From positions 44,764,001 to 44,828,000 of the forward strand of contig OX597825.1 of NCBI GenBank assembly GCA_951406725.2: a stretch of DNA of 64,000 bases. The letters run 5' to 3'. Both the position numbers and the translations under genes were made by a program. Under the pieces are notes generated by a model that worked only from the letters and a program-made list of their open reading frames with translations, made no database searches and had not been told where the DNA came from. Within the stretch, counting starts at the first letter, position 1, and each line of letters opens with the position of its first letter. The stretch comes from Octopus vulgaris. Taxonomy: Eukaryota. Positions 24,139 to 37,993 of the stretch are shown piece after piece.

Positions 24139-24244
<106 letters not shown>

Positions 24245-24729
24245 GCATACATTCATACTCCCGCAAGCACGTATATACATATATATATGTACACACACAC
24301 ATATAAATATATATACATCCTCCTATCACACACATACAACCGCACATATACAAACATATGCATATCCGCATAAATGAAGGGAACGTGTGCATGCAAGTTG
24401 CACTTATTCACCGGACACAGTCTTACACTCATATACATACACATACACATATATACACACGCACGCACATAAACATATAAGATATACACATACATATACT
24501 CACACACGTACACATTCACACAATTAATAAGGAAAAAAGAAAAAATGAAAAAATACATATAAAAAATAGAAAATTAAAAGAAGTTAAGACATATGGGATC
24601 CTTGTGTAAGAACATAGTAAAAATATGGAAAGATGGCTCATCTGCAAAAGTTCCTTGGACCCCGCTACATGTCTAAATTCAAGAACTGAACTTTTTAGAT
24701 CATGTCTATATGTTACAAATAACCTATTA

Positions 24730-25212
24730 CGTTTTGGGCCCCACCAAGATCACGGAAGAACGTCTCTGAAAGACGATGAGCGATCTTGAAGACCTGAGCG
24801 TCACCACCAGAAAATTTATCAGCTCGACCATGAGGATCGTCGGAAGACAATCAACGACGTTTTGAAGCGCTCGAAAGAAGGCATCCGGCGAAAGTGATCG
24901 GATCTGAGGAGCGCGAACAATTGGATTCTTCACGACGACAATGCACCTTGTTACCGAGCTCTCCTCACTCGTGAGTTTCTCACCACAAACAACATGGTAT
25001 CACTTTCGCACCCGCCCTATTCACCAGATTTAGCGCCTGCAGAATTCTGTCTCTTACCCAAGATGGAAAAGCAGCTCAAAGGTCGCCGTTTTGACACCGT
25101 TGTCGAGATCCAGAGCAATTCACAGAAGATCCTCGACTCGTTTTCGGAAAACAACTTCCAGTCCAGATTCAAAATAGAACGCTGCACAAGGTGACTATTT
25201 TGAAGGCGATGG
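24730..25212 (+). mobile_element. Mariner transposase 3' fragment
   Basis: WILHDDNAP...HPPYSPDLAPAEF..LPKMEKQLKGRRF...GDYFEGD. Confidence 0.88.
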
Positions 25213-26172
25213 AACTTGCTACTCAACAGAGTAGAAAATTCCATCGTTCGAAATTATGGTGTAACTAAGTATTTAAAAGCAATCCCCATGTAGAACCAAT
25301 GTGGTAAAATATGAAATTATTGGAACCATGAATCACAAAACATTCTCTCCGACGTTTTTCTATACGACTTCAGTCCACACAAATTGAATAGAACTTGAGT
25401 TGTGATGGAATAAATTCCTAGCATCGAAAGGTTGAATAATCTCCATTACATGTATTCAGGACATTTTTCTCCCTTTTGTATATACAAACGTATATGTGTA
25501 TGTTTGTATCACTCGAACACAGAAACACAATCTCAACCATCTCAATCATGAATACATAGGCATATGCATACTCGTGCACATATATAAACGAAAATAACAT
25601 GAGATATATTTCAATAAATTATCGTAACATTTCAAATAGAATAACATTATCTATATAAACATAACTGTGCATATCTGTATGTATGTGGCTGTTTGCGCCT
25701 GTATGTAGTTTTATGCTGCTATATGTTCAGAAAAATGTGTTAAATTTTGATGGGCCTGATGCAGTAAAGTCCTTGACACAACCCACTTCAGCCTGAATTA
25801 AATTAAGAATATGTTCGCGTGTACGTTGAAGAACGTGTTGTAAAGGACATTATTAAATGCTAATATTCAAAGTACTTCTCGAAATCAGCAATAAACATCT
25901 GCTGATACAGAATACATTAAATTTATAGCACATATTTAGATTCTTTTCAGCTTAGTAATTTTTATAGTACTATCTTATCGAAACCCTATTGCAAATACCA
26001 TACTACAGGTAAATATCATATTTTCTTTATGTATATGTAAACGAATGTTTATGAATCTGTATGCGTGTGTATATGTGTTATTTGGATTTAATATTTGTGT
26101 GTGAATGTGCATGTTGTAGGTGCTTTGCATACATTGCAATGTTTATGTGTTTAAATGTTTCTGTTTTCGTAT

Positions 26173-26225
<53 letters not shown>

Positions 26226-28829
26226 ACGATTGAGTATGTGCGCTGGCGGTTGAATATATGTGGCTGTGTGATTATAGTGGCTGTGATTGTGTGTGTGCGT
26301 TTGTGATTTTGAATGTGTGAGATTGTGCGTGTGTTGTGCGTCTGAAGGGGAATGTAGAGTGGGGTAGGAATATTTTAAGACAGTTATTTAAGGATTTAGA
26401 CATGTACTAGCCACGAGTAAATCACCTATGCCTCTCTCCCTGAATATCACTTGCAACAATCGATAACTTTTTATGAAGACCGAATAGTTTGCAATTTGGG
26501 TGAATCAGCACCTGAAGTTATGAATTTACGCAGCATACCAATCATTTGAAGTATCCTGTAATAAAGAATTTGGACTTCAATGGAAAATGTATTTATGTAA
26601 ATTTTGATCTGGTAAATTTTGATAAGTGATGATCTGAAACGCAGGTTTGTGTAATTATCAATGTGTTATTCTACCAGCTTAATCGGAAGAGCTCTCTTTT
26701 GAATTGTATGCAGGAAATAAAAGAAATGTGTATGTGTTTTGAATGCATATATATTTTCATCATTGTTGTTATCTTTAATGAATATTGTTTTAATTTCTTA
26801 CATACGTTTCAATCGTAATAGTGCAACGTATTAGTTGCAATCCGAAGTTCAAAAGCAAAAACTGAACGACAGCACAAATGTTAGAGATTATTACTTGATA
26901 TGGGCATAACTTCTAAAGAAATTTCTGATTAATATTTACGAGGCAAAACTGTATCAGGTGTTCAAGAGTAAGCCAAATGTTAATCGATTTGATCGCAAGC
27001 CATTTCCACTCTCAAAAAAAAAAAAGAGTTCACGCTTGAAAGAGAACTGAATCCTTGAAACCAAACCCTAAAAAAGAACACGTAAAGACACTCAGGATTG
27101 ACCGTATTAATGTCAAACAAAGAAATGCAGAAAACATTGAAAGATGTACGAAAAGGGCATATTCCATTTCCCAAAATGTTCAAGCGATAGTGACCAGCAG
27201 CTTTTTTCAGATAAACCCATAACGATGAAATTTCTTTTAGTATGTGTAGAGAGTAGGGGAATGTAGAGTGGAGTAGGAATATTTAAGGTAGTGGGGTAGG
27301 AATATACATGAAATGTATATAGTCGGAACAGAAGAAGGAAAAATCACGCGACAGTTGGCTGCCTGATACGTTGATGTCGTGGTGTTTGATTCAATCTGAC
27401 ACAGAGTAACTTAAATTATATTTCATAAGGAAGAATTGAACGAAGAATTCCTTCAAACAAATATAAGAGCCATTTATACATTATAAACAAATTGTTGCAG
27501 ATGAAGCTAATTAGACGACATTCCATTTGGAGACGAAAGAGAATTATATGGAATTGACAGACGGGAATCAATGGTAACATTGATCTGATTCAGAGTGGGA
27601 AAATCCTGGGCTGGTTGAACCTTTATCTCGTTAGAATTTTGTATTTATATCACGTTAAGAAGGCCAAATGATGACCAGAGAAAAAGTTGCAAATACATTG
27701 TTTGTTAGTTGACTCATGAAATGAATTCGTTTTTACTATGCTTCAATCTCATTTTGAAGCAAAGTTTTAAAAGATCTATTCGTCAATAGTTGCCACAACA
27801 CGATTCGGCACAAATCAAACAGATAACATTTACTATATGGTATCTTCAGAGTATGCATTGTGAATTTAAGATTTAATAGAGATTTCTGATTTCGAATCAG
27901 GTCCTTACATTGCAAACTTGTGTTGAAATATCGCAAGAATTTAGATATCAATGATAGGTTAATAGTGCAAAAATCGCAGCTGAGTACAAGGCAATACAAA
28001 TGATATGAGTTAATGAAATTCTCCTGAATGCAGGAGCAACTTTCTGCCAGTTTTCCTAAACACATAGGTCGACGACGAAGTAAAGTAAATCTTGATGAGC
28101 CAACAAATTGGTAGTTCAAGTTTCTAGAAGTAGCTGCCAAATATTACTCAAATTAAACCGTACAGTCTTGAGAAGGAAAAACAAACTCAATAATATATTT
28201 CTAGATATGCAATGGACTGGAGAAGGCCTTATTAGTTATTGCAGGAATGCTTTTCAGGATTACCTGGGTGCTAAAAAAGAATGGAAGTGTTAATTATGCT
28301 GTTTCTCAGCATGAATATATCTATTGAAACGCTACGACGATCAAACCTGCATAGAGCCAGTGACGAGATACGACCTGCCAAACTTTTGGCTGACAATTCA
28401 ATCCCCTTCGGGTCCGATACGATAAAATTTACATTCTGAAAATTTGGCAATCATTTGCAATCGATCAATAGTTTCTGTCTATTCAGTTGGTTTGCACACT
28501 AAGGTCACATGACTACTGGAATCTTCCGGATTCTTGTTATTTTATTTTCACAAATTACGGACCCACAGACTGTATATATGAAACATATGTTAGTATAGTT
28601 TACCGTCGTCAGCAACCTGGGCACTATGAAACTAACAAGTGTTTTATTACTTTGGTGTTCTATTTCAAGTCTTAAAATAAGGCGTTAGATGCTTCGATGC
28701 AAGTTTTAACTAAGGCGTTAGTTGCATTAGCTATAAGAATAAAGGTGTTATGTAAGGTATATGTATGATGTGAGCCAAATATTTAAACGTTCCGGTATGT
28801 CTATTAAATGAATGTATTGTTTTCTGACT

Positions 28830-29040
28830 CAGGTGCAGTTTTCAAGAGGAAGAGTTAGTCGATTGCACTAGCCCTAGTATTTGACTTGTCCTTTATGTTA
28901 TCAGCCCTGCAGGGATGAACGATAACGTTGGCATCTGCAAGATTTGAAATCATAAACGTTATGATTTCAAATCTTGCAGATCCCAACGTTATGTAGCAAA
29001 GCATTTTCTATGCTCTAACAATTCTTCCCACACGCCAACT
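28830..29040 (-). mobile_element. Degenerate SINE containing an internal foldback duplication
   Basis: AGTCGATTGCACTAGCCCTAGTATTTGACT...GGATGAACG...GATTTGAA; hairpin at 28922-28992. Confidence 0.6.
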
Positions 29041-29104
29041 TAATTGAATGAGGATAGCCTTCAGTAATTCAATTATTTAACTTTCTTTTATTTCTTAATT
29101 CTTT

Positions 29105-29435
29105 TACTTGTTTCAGTCATTTGACTGCGGCCATGCTGGAACACCACCTTTAGTCGAACGGATCGACACTAGGTCTTAATTTTTGTAAGCCTAGTACTTA
29201 TTTTATCGGTTTCTTTTGCTGAACCGCGAAATTACGAAGACGTACACACCAACATCGGTTGTCAAGCGATGACAGGAGGGGGTATTCTTTCAGTTTTCGT
29301 CTACCAAATCCACTCACAAGGCTTTAATCGGGCCGAGGCTATAGTAGAAGACACTTGCCCAAGGTACCATGTAGTGGGACCGAACCCGGAACCATGTGGT
29401 TGGGAAGCAAGCTTCTTACACAGCCACACCTGCAT
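29105..29435 (-). mobile_element. Second SINE family (tRNA head + CORE-like segment)
   Basis: Minus strand: GTGGCTGTGT...GGTTCCGGGTTCGGTCCCAC...CCTTGGGCAAGTGTCTT. Confidence 0.75.
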
Positions 29436-30349
29436 CTATTGTGAATGTTTTTCTCAATATTCTTCCTAGAAATTGATTAACCATACATTTGGCTATCCAT
29501 CAATGTAGTTATCTGACAATTAATCTCACAATCTTCTAATAAAATTTCCTTTTGTAATCAATTGGTTTCAGAGCAATCCAACTCGTCATATCGATACATT
29601 AATTACCATATCAGTTATAGGATTCCAGTTTTAATTAGCATGCTATTACACTAGTTGTAGCTATTAATAAAATGGATACAAATGAAGTTAGACTGATATG
29701 ATATGCATTGTATCATTATAACTAATGGAGAGTCAACGTCAAAAAGCACAGCATTCTTTATTGTGACTCACCCTTGTTGAGTGCACAAAATAGTATTAGG
29801 GCTCCCAACATTGACTCTAAGTGGAAAACTGTTGCCTTGTGATACACTATCGATTAGGTCTAACCATTTAGGGAGCCCCTATGTGTTCGAACGATCAAAT
29901 CAATTAAATTACATACTACCATTTTAAAAAGGGAAGGTGGTTTTGAAAAAAGAATTCCAGACACACTATGTCTGAACAAGATAGAACAGCCATGGCTGAA
30001 ATGCCTTTAATTATAGTCTTGCTGAGCAAGAGCTGATCTAGAGATAAATAATAATAATATCCATTCTGAAGAAACGGCAGTAGTCTTGTGATACATCAGT
30101 TACGATGATATAACACTATTTATCCATTCCAAAGTCATCGAAAGATCTACGGTTTAAAAAGTCTGACTTCCTGTAGTTGGCTGTCTCGTACGTTGTTGTT
30201 GGAAGACCGAAATTATTCCGTGTGCAGTTTCAACATAATGTCCTTCTGTTCAGCGAATCATTTTCATCTTTGTTATAGAGAAAGCAATATACATGAGAAA
30301 AGTCTGCAAGGAAATAAAATTGTATTTCAGCGAAAGGGGAAATATTAAC

Positions 30350-31300
30350 AAAGTCACATTTCCGAGGATCTCTAAAAGGCACAGAATCCTTTCCTGAGAC
30401 TGGTATGAAAGAAAACTATTTTTTTCACTTTGCTATGAATGATGGATTTCAACGGGACATTGTGGGGGTAGGAAGGAGGATGTGTTTTAGTATTTAGTTT
30501 GTAGAACACCGAAGACGACATTGCCTTTCCTCTTTCTGAGATCGAAATACCAGTAAAGAACTGGATTTGATCTTTTCCTCTCCCCAGTTGTGAGGCTTGA
30601 AGAAGGCAGGCTCTCTAAGGCAGTGAAATTGGTGTTTAACACGTTAACGTCTCCAGAAACAACACAATTTGTCTTACTTATGAAGAAGGTTTAAGCAAAC
30701 GAAACACAAAAGGGCAGACAATATGGGTGGTGAGATGAGAGGGTACTTTGTCGAGTTTTGTGGAGAGGCACGAGATTCAAGAAACATAGGCATATAGTAG
30801 CAATAGGCAAGGAAGAGCAAAGAACCTGCAGGTTAGTAACGGATATCGGAATTAGTGCAATTTCATTCTAATCACATGAGTGGCTTTCTTTTAAATTCGA
30901 TCTAGGGTTTTCGTGTACTGCAGTAGCACCTTCGGAGATGTGGGAGCAGCATACCAGTATTCTACTTGAGCTTTGTAGTCAGTCAGTTACTTTTGGACGT
31001 TGAAATATGCTCGAGTCCATGAGAGGACTGTCGACTTTTGTTATGCTTTTAGCTGTTATCCACGTAAAAAACATCAAAAGAGATCAGGAGGTTACGAAGC
31101 TGAGCTTTGTAACGAGGTTGGAGGTTTGGTTTTAGTTCCATGTTCCATGTTATTGATGTCAAGAGAGAATGGCGCACAAGATTTCTTCCTTCAGGTCACA
31201 GAACTTCGCTCTTCATTCAGTATCGAAACGAATGATACCAACAAATGTTCTACAGAAACTTCTGATGCTCTAGAAAGTAATTCAATCGGATATGATCTTT
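30350..31300 (-). mobile_element. Highly decayed CR1/Crack-like LINE 3' relic
   Basis: Minus-strand YKAQVEY...TKTLDRI*KKA resembles LYKAQxRPxMEY...LDRIQxKA. Confidence 0.45.
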
Positions 31301-31752
31301 CCTTTGGAATTAATTGCTTTATATCAATGTAAAATTCATTACTTGTGAACAGTTGAGCTGAATTTGCGATCTTGTGTCGATAGCCAGCTGGTATTTATCT
31401 TCAACTAGATGTTTCAAGTGTGATAAAACATTAACCGGAACGAAGCATTTATGGGCTACTGCCAAGTGGTGAACAACGCTTTTGTGGCGAGAATTTATAA
31501 GCATCTCTGCTGCCTGCAGCTAGCTTTGTTGAAAGTGTTGTGTGCCACCCACTTGAATGTATACAAAAGGAATAGTTTCATATGAAAATTTTATAATAGA
31601 TGGTGGGAGGAATGGAAAACACTGTTTCATTAAAAGCGCAGATATGAGATTTCAAATGTATTCTTTATTTTGAGTGTTATTATATTTAAAAAAGACGAAA
31701 AAGACTTACTTCCCTTTAGCAATGAAATTTATTTAGTTTCTGTTTCATTATT

Positions 31753-32975
31753 TAGAGAGGGCGGACGTTCATAAAAAATCACAAAATCATTCATTTTAGC
31801 TGCGAGCAAATTTTATTGACATCAGTGTATTGAATTATCATTTGTCAAAATCAAGTGTGGAAAACAACATTCATCATGTGGTGTCCATTTTCATTGACGC
31901 TTTTCAGAAGGCGTTCTTGGAAGTTGGCTTCCACTCTCTCCAGCATTGCTCTGTCGATTTAGGTGACTTCCACGAGAATAGCTTCCTTCAAATCGTCCAA
32001 TGTACGCGTCTTATGCGCATACATACAATTCGGAGGCACAATAAATAGTTACATATTGAACAAATCAGGGAACGGCGGGGGCCAAGGAATGTCAGCAAAC
32101 TAGGAAATGAGGAGGTCACCGAAGAGAGAGCGAAGAACATCCGTTGATGCTCTGGTTGTGTGGGCCGTCGCTCCAACCTGCTGAAACCACGCACATCGAA
32201 TAGGCATACGTTTTCGTTGTAGTTCAGGCACAAAGAAGTTGTTTATCATCTCGATGTAACGCTCGGAGTTCACAGTAACAACATTTCCATTATTGCCTTA
32301 AAAAAAGTAAGGATCAATGACAGCAATTTGTCCAACAGCACACCAGACCGTCACTTTTGGGCAGTGCAGTAGTCTTTCGTGCGGTTCTCTCGGATTTTTA
32401 AGAGCCCAATAACGACAGTTCTATTGATTCACCATACCACTGAGATGAAAATGAGCATCATCACTCATTAACAAAATTAGGTTCATTTGCCTCAAACATT
32501 GCTTCCACCTGATGTGCAAAGTTAACCCGCTGTCATAATCCCATGGTTTCAACTGTTGTCCAATGACCAATTTGTACGGGTGAAAATGCAGGTCTTCATG
32601 CAAAGTGCGCCTTATCTATTGTTAACCGATGCAAACTTCAGTGGAATTCCTCCGAGCAAAGTGTTTCGGACTCCGTATCAAAGTTTGTCTGACGCGTTCC
32701 GCATTTTCCAGGGTCCGTACTGTTCGTGGCGCCCCCACCAGTCTCCTGTTCATTAGTGTACCTCGTGTATGAAGTGCATTCACCCAACGTAAGATTGTGC
32801 TACAGGTGGGAACAGCCTCACTTCGGTGAATGTTGAAGTGGCGCCGAAACTCATGCAAAATAGAAAAATGTTAAGACACCACGGACCGAACGGTATCTGT
32901 CGGACATATGTCCCTTCCACTGGGAATGAGTAATAGCCATTTCAAAAACGTCCGCCCTCTCTACCACGTCCTGTA
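31753..32975 (-). mobile_element. Tc1/mariner-superfamily transposon (rosa/Visitor-like), disrupted
   Basis: TIR cores TAGAGAGGGCGGACGTT / AACGTCCGCCCTCTCTA; peptides EFRRHFNI, DLHFHPYK, SDDAHFHLSG, KVTVWCA, WFQQVGATAH, WPPRSPDL. Confidence 0.88.
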
Positions 32976-33839
32976 TCATAATGGTGATTTTTGCTTTCTT
33001 TTTCAATTGTACTTTCTAAAGCAAATAATCAAATGAATTATTGACGTGAGATTGTCATTGTTTTACTATATTGATTAAATTTTATTTTAATTATCATCAT
33101 CCTCATCATTATTACCAATAAATATCATCACCACAATTATCAAATAAACAACTTGTCTTTATTCGTTTATCCCATCTGCTTACTTGTAGCACGTTAAAGT
33201 GAACACACATATTTCATTATGAATCGAATATGGCATCATTGTTGATTTCGATTCCCCGTTTCTGTAATATCTTGCGGTAGAAATTATTTCAACCATCAAT
33301 TTTTAATAAATAGTAACTACAGCCTTTTACAGAGAATCTTTCACAAATTCCCTATCAAAAAAAGTATTTCCCCAGCCCTTTATTGTATTATTTAAACTTT
33401 AAATAAACTTAACTACTTACACATATACGACATGCCACCTAAGTTTCAAGATAAATGATTCATATGTTCAGATACACTATCTTTAATTAAATGCCCGTAA
33501 ATTAAACTAAAATAATATCAGTATCAATAATTTAACAAGGTTTCTATCTTCACCCGCTAAATTCCAAGAAAGTGGCCCCTATTGGATATAATTATTTCAT
33601 AATCTCTGCTTTTCTCTCTGTCTTTTTTTTTTATATAGACTAGACCAAGCACCACAACCCCAGCATTAGGTACATTGATCGATGCAAGCTCAAAGTTGGA
33701 ACCGAAAAGGTAGATTCGGCTCTTGGGCTATTCCAGACGAGAAATCGACGAGAAAACGACTCCAGTACGCAACTGGTACATAATTTATCGGCTCTGCATC
33801 TGGTGTCATTGTTACGTGTATTTGCCCATCTAGGAAAGC

Positions 33840-35965
33840 AAGGCATTCTGGAGAGGGATCTGGGAACAACTGTAGAGCATAATGATAAAGCAGAGTGGCT
33901 GCATGAAATCCCAGATAGATTAAGGAATATAGAAGTCGAAGAAGACATAAAAATAACTACAGAAATGATTTAAAAAATAGTTAACAAAATTTCCAAATTG
34001 GAAGAGCCCAGGGCCGGATAGGGGTCCATGGTTGCTGGATGAAGAAGCTGAGAGAGCTCCATGACAGGATAGCACAACAGTTAGATGAATGCTTGCTGGA
34101 AGGCGCAATACCCAGCTGGATGACAAAGGATCCTGAAAAGGGAAATGTTGCATCTATCTTTAGACTAATAACATGCCTTCCGCTAATGTGGAAACTAATG
34201 TCAGGTGCTTTGACCAGTGAACTACATAGATACTTGGGAAAAAGTATGGTGTGGAATATATAAGAGGCTTTATATGGAATAGCATGAGATACAGGAGAAC
34301 GGAATTGACAGACGGGAAGCAAGTACTAGGACAGGTGAAAATCAAGAGCGGAATCTTCTAGGGGATCAGATGTCCCCACTGATATTCGTGCTGGAAATGA
34401 TCCCCTTGAGTGAAATACTACAGAAAACAAAGTTGGAGTATGATCAGGGAAGAAGTAAAGGAAAACTGAACCATTTGCTATACATGGACAACCTAAAGCT
34501 ATTCACAAAAACTGAGGCAGAACTGAACAGCCTAGTTCAGTCTGTGCGGATTTTCTCCAATGATATTAAGATAGAGCTTGGACACTCAAAATATGCTACG
34601 ATGGTGATGAGACGAGGAAAGCTTGCTAGGACAGAAGGCATATGCTTGCCAATTGGTGAAATGGTGAAGGCAATTCAACCTTAGTCCAGCTATAAACACC
34701 ACGACATGAAGGAAAGGACAAAAAAAAGTAATAAAAATATTGCGGCGAGTGAGAAAAATATTGGCTCCAAAGGTGAATTCCTGAAACATAATTTCGGCAA
34801 TAAACTCGTGCGTAAGTCGCAGTAGTTCGGTATAGCGCTGAAGTCCCGAAGTGGACACAAGAGGAGCTAAAGGAGATGAACAGGACATCAAGAAAGCTCC
34901 TAACGATACATGGAGCCCAACATCCACGTGCAGGTACTGATCGCATATACATGAAGAGAGCAAATGGAGGAAGGGGACTGATAAGTGTGGAAGACTGCGC
35001 GCGTATCGAACTCGAGAGCTTAATGAGATACCTAGCCCAAAGTAAGGAAACCTTGCTCGAGGGAGTATTGAGAGCAGAGAAAAAGGGGAAACAAAGGAAG
35101 AAGTACAAAAACGACATGAAGAAGAATTACGCAACAAGGAACTACGCAATCAATTCCACGTAGCCACAACAGAAGTTGCTGGAAAAAATAGGTGAGACTG
35201 ACTTATGAAAGGAACCCCCTAAAATAAGAGACCAAGAGCACTATACTGGCAGCGCAAGACCAAGCTTTGGCTTCGAACTGGAGAGTCTTAAGAATGAGCA
35301 ATTGTCTCCTCTGTACCTCATCTGCAATAGAGTGGATGAAACCATGAACGAATGCCTTAGACTTACCCAAAACCACTACAAGTTGTGGCGAAACGGCCAG
35401 GTAGCGAAATTGCTACATTAGAAACTGTGCCAAAAGTGGGGGCTAGAGAGAGGTAAGACTTGGTATAAGCACAAACTGCAGAGGGTGGCGGAGTCGGAGA
35501 TTAGCAAAATCCTCTGCAATTTCCTAATCCAAATAAATCAGGTAATAGAACAAAACAGACTGGATCTAGTGGTGGTGGACACGGTGCACCACATATGCTA
35601 TATATTTGACGTTGCATCCCCTTTTGATCCACGAATAGTCAAGAAGGAAAGCGTAAAGATAGATACAGCCCTCTTAAGTACGAAATAGCTCGGCTATGGA
35701 AAATGAAGAAGGTGAAGATAGTGCCAGTTATTGTTGGATCCTTGGAAACGGGATCAGAAGGCATCAAGAGGAATATAAAGGAAATTGGAATTGAGTGCCC
35801 AGTAGAACTGTTACGATATGTTTGCCTCCTTGGCACAGCCAGAATAATCAGGAAAGTATTAGGTAGCTGAAAAGAACGAATAGCATGGTACCGTAGACTG
35901 CAGTTAGTAAGCCCATTACGCAAGACTCCAGAAGCTCCAACAAAACCTGTGAAAATGATGATGAT
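33840..35965 (+). mobile_element. R4/Dong-like non-LTR retrotransposon, internally deleted
   Basis: HNDKAEWL, NWKSPGPD, RLITCLPLMWKL, LNHLLYMDNLKLF, HPRAGTDRIYMKRANGGRGL, QDQAL, RLDLVVVD; (GAT)n-like tail. Confidence 0.9.
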
Positions 35966-36253
35966 GGTGATGAGGAGAAGGAGGAGGAGGAAGGGGAGGG
36001 GGAGGGGAGGAGGAGGAAACGGCTTGAATTAGATGAAGAACTTGAAACCACTGCCATCAAACAAGCAAAACGGATCAAACAGACTGCGAAAAGAAGGAGC
36101 AGAAACAAATTGAGGAGCGGTGGAGACTAGATAAATTGAGAAAAGGAGTTAAACGCATGTGTTATTCAAATATTTATACATCCGACATGTAATTTTGCGG
36201 CGTTAGGGAGATAACCGTTCCTTAAGACCCTTTTTACGTTATAAAAGTTAATA

Positions 36254-37460
36254 TACGAGGGGCGTTCAATAAGTAATGCCCCTGACCCATTTCCCATAGC
36301 AGTAGAGCAACGACACTTGGCACAGTTATTAGTCTTTTCCTACATAGAAACTACCCAGAGTTATGCATTTCTCCCATCGTTTGATACAGCTCTGGAGACC
36401 GTTTTTGTAGAAGACCCCAGCTTGGTCCTCCAGCCACGACGTGACTTCAGGAATCAAGGCTGCATCATCTGGGAAACGCTTTCCTTTCAAAATCAACTTC
36501 ATGGCTGGGAAGAGGTGAAAATCAGAGGGTGCAAGGGGAGGAGTTCATAGCTGCACGCCTGTGCTTCTGATCTGCCGACACGCGAGTTGTGGACCGGAGC
36601 GTTGTCCTGCAGGAGGAGGATGCCTTTGCTGATCTTGCCCCGCCTCTTGGTTTCGATAGCTTCTCTTAATTTCCTCAAAAGTGAAGCATAATAGGCTCCT
36701 GTAATTGTGGTACCCTTTGCCAGGAAATCTGTCATCACTACCCCTTCTTTGGAGGGGGTGAGTCACGGTGCTTCCACTGCATTGACTGGGCTTTGGTCTC
36801 TGGATCATCGTGATGGACCCAGGTTTCATCCTGTGTAATCAGTCTTTTGAAAAGTTTTGACTCATCTTCTTGGCACATCTCCAAATTCATCCTCGAGCAC
36901 TCGACGCGTTCTTGCTTCTGGAAAGGTGTGAGCAACCTGGAAATCTATCTGGCAGACACCTTTTGCATATGCAAATGGTCATGAATGATAGTTTCCACAG
37001 ACCCGGTACTAATCTTGACCTTATGGGCTATTTGGCGAATAGTTATGCGTTGACCTTCCAAAATGGCAGCCTCAACTTGACGGACAGACGTCTCATCAAC
37101 GGCAGAAGGGTGGGACCAGATCTGGGAGCTGTTTCCACAGAGTTACGACTATGTTTGAATTCACAATGCCAGCGTTTTACAAGGTCATATGATGGGGCAT
37201 CATCACCATAAGTTACTTTCATTTCATCAAAAGTTTCCCGTGGTGTGCGTCCTTTCAAATACAAAAACCAGATCACTGCTCGACACTCAACAGGCTCCAT
37301 TTCACACTTGACTCAGTTCAAACACCTGTAAATCAGAAACCACAGAGCTGTAATTCGCCACTTAATCTATAGAGGTATAAATAAGTACACATGCAAAATT
37401 TCAGCTAGATCAAACAACTGCAAGTGGGTCAGGAGCATTACTTATTGAACGCCCCTCGTG
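36254..37460 (-). mobile_element. Full-length mariner with TIRs, frameshifted transposase
   Basis: TA-CGAGGGGCGTTCAATAAGTAATGC...GCATTACTTATTGAACGCCCCTCG-TG; MEPVECRAVIWFLYLKG, ITQDETWVHH, LLQDNAPVH. Confidence 0.95.
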
Positions 37461-37830
37461 GGACCTTTAAAGATAATTAACCTTAATAACAAGGTATGTC
37501 CTAGTAAAACTGTTTAGTTGATAGTTCCATGTGGTAAGCAGATCAATTCCAAACTCCCTTACCAGTTTTGTGAAGCTATAGATAAATAGATAAGAAGTTT
37601 CCCCAAAATTCAAGACACCGAATTAGAATAGGATTTTCAAACAACAAAATCATTCACAAATCATCTCTTTGCATAGTAATAAGTTGTTAAATACAAATTC
37701 ACTTAATGAAAATAATAACATTAATATTATTAACACTAACCATTCTCTGAACAATAATAACAATATTAGTATTTCTAATACTAATATTGTTGTTATTATT
37801 TGGAAAGCTAATTTATACAAATATATAATA

Positions 37831-37885
<55 letters not shown>

Positions 37886-37993
37886 CGGAGATGTAATTGC
37901 ATAGCAAGTGACCTGATCTGAGAAAACAATTGCAGCGTGGAAGGTAAGTTATTTAAGAAACACACTGTAACATGACTGTTACTTTGTCTACGA

